From: a virus
Taxonomy: Duplodnaviria; Caudoviricetes
Strand: one strand, 5' to 3'
Virus record (IMG/VR): IMGVR_UViG_3300032332_002234
Location: 1-37,564 of that record
DNA length: 37,564 nucleotides
This document shows, one piece after another, positions 35,031-37,564 of the stretch (position 1 is the first letter of the stretch; each line of letters opens with the position of its first letter). Below the pieces are notes generated by a model that saw nothing but the letters and a program-made list of their open reading frames with translations, was not told the origin of the DNA and did no database searches. A program made the position numbers and the translations under genes.

Positions 35031-36392
35031 ATGTCGAGAACGCTATTTGAAGAGGCTATCGCCGATGCCAAGCAGCTTCGTGAAGCTGCTGAGCAGAATG
35101 CGAAGAATGCTATCATAGAGGCAGTAACTCCACGCATTAGAGAGTTCATCGAGAATCAGCTTGTCGGTGATGCTCCACCAGCTGAAGGTGACTTCCTTCG
35201 CTCAGCGCTCTCTGAAGCTGACGAAGAAGAAGCACAAGATGACGACGGCGAGGTCGCACTCGACGAGACAGCACTTAAATCACTTGTCAATCTGATGAGC
35301 GGCAAAACTGCTGCGCCTGATACTGACAAGGCAGCCCTTGCTGAGGCTTTTTCCTCTCTTTCAGATGAGGAGCAAGCACATCTCCTAAGCCTTCTTCGTG
35401 AAGGAGATGTTAAGGAAGCGAGCGACGAAGAAGCTGATGATGGTGCCTTAGAGGTCGATCTTAAAGAGCTTAAGGCGTCCATTGAATCCGAGTTTAAATC
35501 TTCAAAGGCACCACACGGAGTTAAAGTTATGAAGAAGACACCCCAGATGGAAGAGGAGCTCTACGAGCTCGACGAAATGATGTTCGAAGAAGACGAAGAC
35601 GAGATGTCAGACGACGCGCTCGCCGAAGCAGTCCTGAAGCTAGTAGGTTCTGCAGAAGAGCGTGAGGCATTTGATAAGCTCGGCCTCTCCGGTATCGATT
35701 TCGAGGAAGAGATGGGCGAAGAGGGCGACGTCGAGGTTGGCGATGAAGAGCCTTCCGAGGAAGAGCCTGATATGTCCGCGGGCGAGGAGGAAGAGGAAGG
35801 CGCTGCAGCCGAGCCTGTTGTCTCCGAGAACGTCTACGAAATCGACGAGAACATGCTTCGTCACGAGCTCGCTCGCCTCCGCGAGGCAAAGGCGCGCAAG
35901 TCCAAGAAGGCCAAGGGCGCTTCTGCCAAGTCACACAAGGTCGCTGCTGCGGCCTTTGGTGGCGGAACACTCGAGAGCGATGCGCTCGACGTCGACATGA
36001 ATAAACTTATGAAAGAGGCGCGGGAAAATCGCGAACTCAAGAAGCAGCTCAATGATTACAGAGGCGCAGTCGAAACGCTTCGTGAGCAACTGTCAGATCT
36101 TAACTTATTCAACGCCAAGCTTCTATACGTCAACAAGATCCTCCAGAACAAGGACGTTGCACCAACGCAACGTCGTTCTATCATCGAGGCTCTCGACGGC
36201 GCATCGAACCTTCGCGAGGCTAAGTTGCTTTACCAGAGCCTCACCACTTCGATCAGCTCGAAGAATGAGTCTCTCAATGAATCAGTCAAGCATACAGCAG
36301 GCTTGGCATCACGCCCAGTCACATCATCATCTGCCCGAATGAGCGGTGCAGGTGAAGTTGACCGTTGGGCAATCCTCGCTGGCCTCAAGTAA
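35031..36392 (+). CDS. Prohead scaffold/core protein (positional T4 gp22 equivalent; 453 aa)
   Basis: Very acidic coiled coil immediately before the capsid gene. LFEEAIADAKQLREAA, LNLFNAKLLY and C-terminal DRWAILAGLK. Confidence 0.8.
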   Translation: MSRTLFEEAIADAKQLREAAEQNAKNAIIEAVTPRIREFIENQLVGDAPPAEGDFLRSALSEADEEEAQDDDGEVALDETALKSLVNLMSGKTAAPDTDKAALAEAFSSLSDEEQAHLLSLLREGDVKEASDEEADDGALEVDLKELKASIESEFKSSKAPHGVKVMKKTPQMEEELYELDEMMFEEDEDEMSDDALAEAVLKLVGSAEEREAFDKLGLSGIDFEEEMGEEGDVEVGDEEPSEEEPDMSAGEEEEEGAAAEPVVSENVYEIDENMLRHELARLREAKARKSKKAKGASAKSHKVAAAAFGGGTLESDALDVDMNKLMKEARENRELKKQLNDYRGAVETLREQLSDLNLFNAKLLYVNKILQNKDVAPTQRRSIIEALDGASNLREAKLLYQSLTTSISSKNESLNESVKHTAGLASRPVTSSSARMSGAGEVDRWAILAGLK

Positions 36393-36418
36393 TCAAACAA
36401 GCTAAAGGAGCTTTTACA

Positions 36419-37564
36419 ATGTCAAAGAATTTTTCACTCAACCAGCTCACTGAGGGCATCAGTGACCGTAACATCTCAGACGAGGGCAAGCGCCTCGTTG
36501 AGAAGTGGACCCGCACCGGCCTCCTCCGTGGCATGGACGGCGTCAAGCGCGACAACATGGCTCGCCTCCTCGAGAACCAGGCGTCACAGCTCCTCCGCGA
36601 GGTTAACTCCCTCGGCACCGGCGGCGCGAACGCTGCTGGCTCGGGTGACATCCGTGGCTTCACCAACATCGCGTTCCCCATCGTCCGTCGCGTTTTCGGC
36701 GGTCTCGTTGCGAACGAGCTCGTCTCAATCCAGCCAATGAGCCTGCCCTCCGGCCTGCTCTTCTACCTGGACTACACCTACGGTTCAGACGTTGGTGGCG
36801 ACGCCAACCTCCAGACCGGCGTCTCAACCTCAGGCGCGACCTACAAGGGCGGCCAGTCAATCTACAACAACCCAACTGGTAAGGGCGTCCGCAGCGGCTC
36901 GCTGGCGACCGGTGGTCAGTACGACCTCGTCGGCACCGGCTTCACCAAGGTGCACAGCTCATCAACCGGCGTTGGCGTTGCAGCCCGCGGCGCGTTCCAG
37001 GCCGGTACCTCTCTGACCGCTGGCGCGAAGTGCTTCGCCACTGGCACCGACGGCCGCTTCCTGCAGTTCGACCCACAGGTCACCTCACTCATCGAGGCTG
37101 ACGCTGTTGATGGGGCGCTCGGCGGCACTGGTCAGTTCCAGTTCGTCTTCCTCGATTGCTCAACCTTCCCAGCCAACGTTGATTTCCAGCAGGTGAAGGA
37201 AGTTGCGCTCCACTCTGCAGCTGGCGCCTCGGCTCTCGCCGTTCCAGGCGAAGCCTTCCAGGGCGGCCAGAACATCCTCAACATCCGTCGCCTGAACCAG
37301 CTCGGCACACTCGTTGGTGGCATCTTCACCCCCAACCCACTGCTCCCCTCGGGCTCAGCCAGCGCGGTCGTTCTCACTGTTGTCTCGGGCGCTTACGCTG
37401 CAGCTGCTGCGACCCCCGCGACCGGCCTCACCGCGTCATACGCTTGCTTCGATCAGCTCAACGTTGATAGCTCGGATGCTTCAACCCTCACGATCCCCTC
37501 GTTCGAGTCGGATTTCGCGACCTCACCTCAGGTCGTCATCCCCGAGATCGACATCAAGATCGAG
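36419..37564 (+). CDS. Major capsid protein, T4 gp23-like (partial; 382 codons to the window end; absent from the ORF track)
   Basis: SD AAGGAG, ATG 36419. MSKNFSLNQLTEG..EKW..MARLLENQA..AFPIVRRVFGGLVANELVSIQPMSLPSGLLFYLDYTY..IPEIDIKIE. Confidence 0.95.
   Translation, partial: MSKNFSLNQLTEGISDRNISDEGKRLVEKWTRTGLLRGMDGVKRDNMARLLENQASQLLREVNSLGTGGANAAGSGDIRGFTNIAFPIVRRVFGGLVANELVSIQPMSLPSGLLFYLDYTYGSDVGGDANLQTGVSTSGATYKGGQSIYNNPTGKGVRSGSLATGGQYDLVGTGFTKVHSSSTGVGVAARGAFQAGTSLTAGAKCFATGTDGRFLQFDPQVTSLIEADAVDGALGGTGQFQFVFLDCSTFPANVDFQQVKEVALHSAAGASALAVPGEAFQGGQNILNIRRLNQLGTLVGGIFTPNPLLPSGSASAVVLTVVSGAYAAAAATPATGLTASYACFDQLNVDSSDASTLTIPSFESDFATSPQVVIPEIDIKIE

Noticed and set aside
35156-37377. Cluster of overlapping ORFs, including Arg-rich 35527..35970 (-) and the 36385-37377 set
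   Set aside because: By-products of high GC3 in the scaffold and capsid genes. The true frame is the capsid ORF from 36419.
1-37564. Stop-codon reassignment, as seen in some large phages
   Set aside because: TAA, TAG and TGA all end genes at coherent boundaries, and code 11 gives near-complete coding density with intact motifs.
1-37564. CRISPR array, tRNA/rRNA, self-splicing intron, DGR or integrase
   Set aside because: No spaced repeats or relevant enzymes were seen. Intergenic gaps are under about 100 nt and conserved genes are uninterrupted except for the intein. This was an inspection by eye only.

Overview
This window is a gene-dense, entirely plus-strand segment of a large T4-related (jumbo/huge) tailed dsDNA phage using the standard genetic code. 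Positions 1-21.3 kb hold a baseplate/tail-associated structural cluster with DNRLRE-, LamG-, FN3- and baseplate-wedge-like proteins. Positions 21.3-26.5 kb are an embedded DNA-metabolism block: a RuvC-like resolvase, a DnaG-type primase, a single-chain Mre11/SbcD-Rad50/SbcC fusion and a small Zn-finger protein. Positions 26.8-37.6 kb are a T4-order head module: terminase large subunit, portal, an intein-interrupted prohead protease, small head proteins, scaffold, and a major capsid protein that runs off the end and is missing from the ORF track. The main unexplained signals are: (1) strong [S/T]GS tripeptide enrichment in tail proteins, a candidate virion-modification sequon; (2) a recurring ATANKTA late-promoter-like motif, alongside sigma70-like leaderless promoters for replication genes; (3) an apparently split tail-fibre attachment domain; (4) a nested internal start in the scaffold gene; (5) a steep GC/codon shift into the capsid gene. 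All assignments come from motif recognition by eye; no database searches were run.
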